Part shown: positions 21,986 through 22,261 of the stretch, piece after piece | Layout of the letters: each line of letters begins with the position of its first letter | Numbering within the stretch: the stretch's first letter is position 1 | Source: an archaeon | GTDB taxonomy: Archaea; Thermoproteota; Nitrososphaeria; Nitrososphaerales; Gagatemarchaeaceae | Direction of reading: 5' to 3' | DNA length: 22,261 nt | Assembly: GCA_902812495.1 (NCBI GenBank) | Contig: CADDZR010000019.1 | Span: 1-22,261, forward strand | Notes under the pieces: model-generated | Told to the model about the DNA's origin: nothing | The model's input: only the letters and a program-made list of their open reading frames with translations | Databases searched by the model: none | Position numbers and translations under genes: made by a program

Positions 21986-22261
21986 CTAGTTACCTCTCTT
22001 AGCTCTTTCAATTATTTCTCTCGATATCTCTTCTTCTGTCCTGCCTTCTGTTTTTATCCCGAGCTTTGCTGCTATCTCAACGAGTGTTGCTTCGCTATTC
22101 GTACTTTGTTGGGGAATGCTGGCGGTTAATTGACCTGCATACTCTTTCTGCGCTAATTCAAATTCTTTTTTTGCCTTACCTAGTGCTCTTGCTAGTTCGG
22201 GTATTTTTGATGGCCCCCATATGAATATAGCTAGAGCTATGATAAGTGTAACAATTAGCTC
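21986..22261 (-). CDS. tatA: Sec-independent translocase protein TatA/E (N-terminus truncated by window edge)
   Basis: My own minus-strand translation is ELIVTLIIALAIFIWGPSKIPELARALGKAKKEFELAQKEY..., ending in TAG at 21986..21988. It shows the classic TatA TM helix, the hinge (WGPSKIPEL) and the amphipathic helix. Confidence 0.75.
   Translation of the reverse strand, partial: ELIVTLIIALAIFIWGPSKIPELARALGKAKKEFELAQKEYAGQLTASIPQQSTNSEATLVEIAAKLGIKTEGRTEEEISREIIERAKRGN

Noticed and set aside
1-22261. CRISPR arrays, insertion sequences, integrases, prophage or plasmid genes, rRNA
   Set aside because: I saw no regularly spaced direct repeats, no transposase-, integrase- or Cas-like ORFs, and no terminal inverted repeats. 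The window looks like core or accessory chromosome rather than a mobile element.

Overview
The window reads as an archaeal chromosomal segment. Supporting evidence: HerA/NurA, MptE/MptD, a Dph6-like PP-loop protein, an intron-containing tRNA, and AT-rich TATA-like boxes about 25-30 nt upstream of many start codons, which suggests mostly leaderless mRNAs. I can support about 25 protein genes, one tRNA-Gly(GCC), and a partial tatA at the right edge. I found no rRNA, CRISPR array, transposase or integrase.

Gene order, left to right:
- DedA-family membrane protein
- RHH-domain hypothetical
- tRNA-Gly with a putative non-canonical 24-nt intron
- bPH_2 membrane protein
- tightly coupled herA-nurA pair with no mre11/rad50 in the window
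- Dph6-like ATP pyrophosphatase
- CopD-like membrane protein
- small Cys4 protein
- SCP2 protein
- a copper / nitrogen-oxide neighbourhood: DUF4382 surface glycoprotein, SIMPL, membrane-anchored NirK with a C-terminal cupredoxin, NnrS-like 12-TM protein, unannotated 37-aa zinc-ribbon ORF with a perfect palindrome, second DUF4382 paralog
- PfpI
- a co-directional block: PEPCK/HprK-like P-loop protein, TSUP transporter, DUF1634, HAD hydrolase
- a pterin cluster: mptE, folP, mptD
- MscS channel
- tatA (partial)

The three items most worth a second look:
- The NirK-cupredoxin/NnrS module bracketed by DUF4382 paralogs.
- The kinase-like/TSUP junction. The transporter's conserved first helix lies between an in-frame TGA and the first canonical start codon.
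- The tRNA-Gly intron at position 53/54.

All functional calls come from motif recognition by eye. No database search was run.
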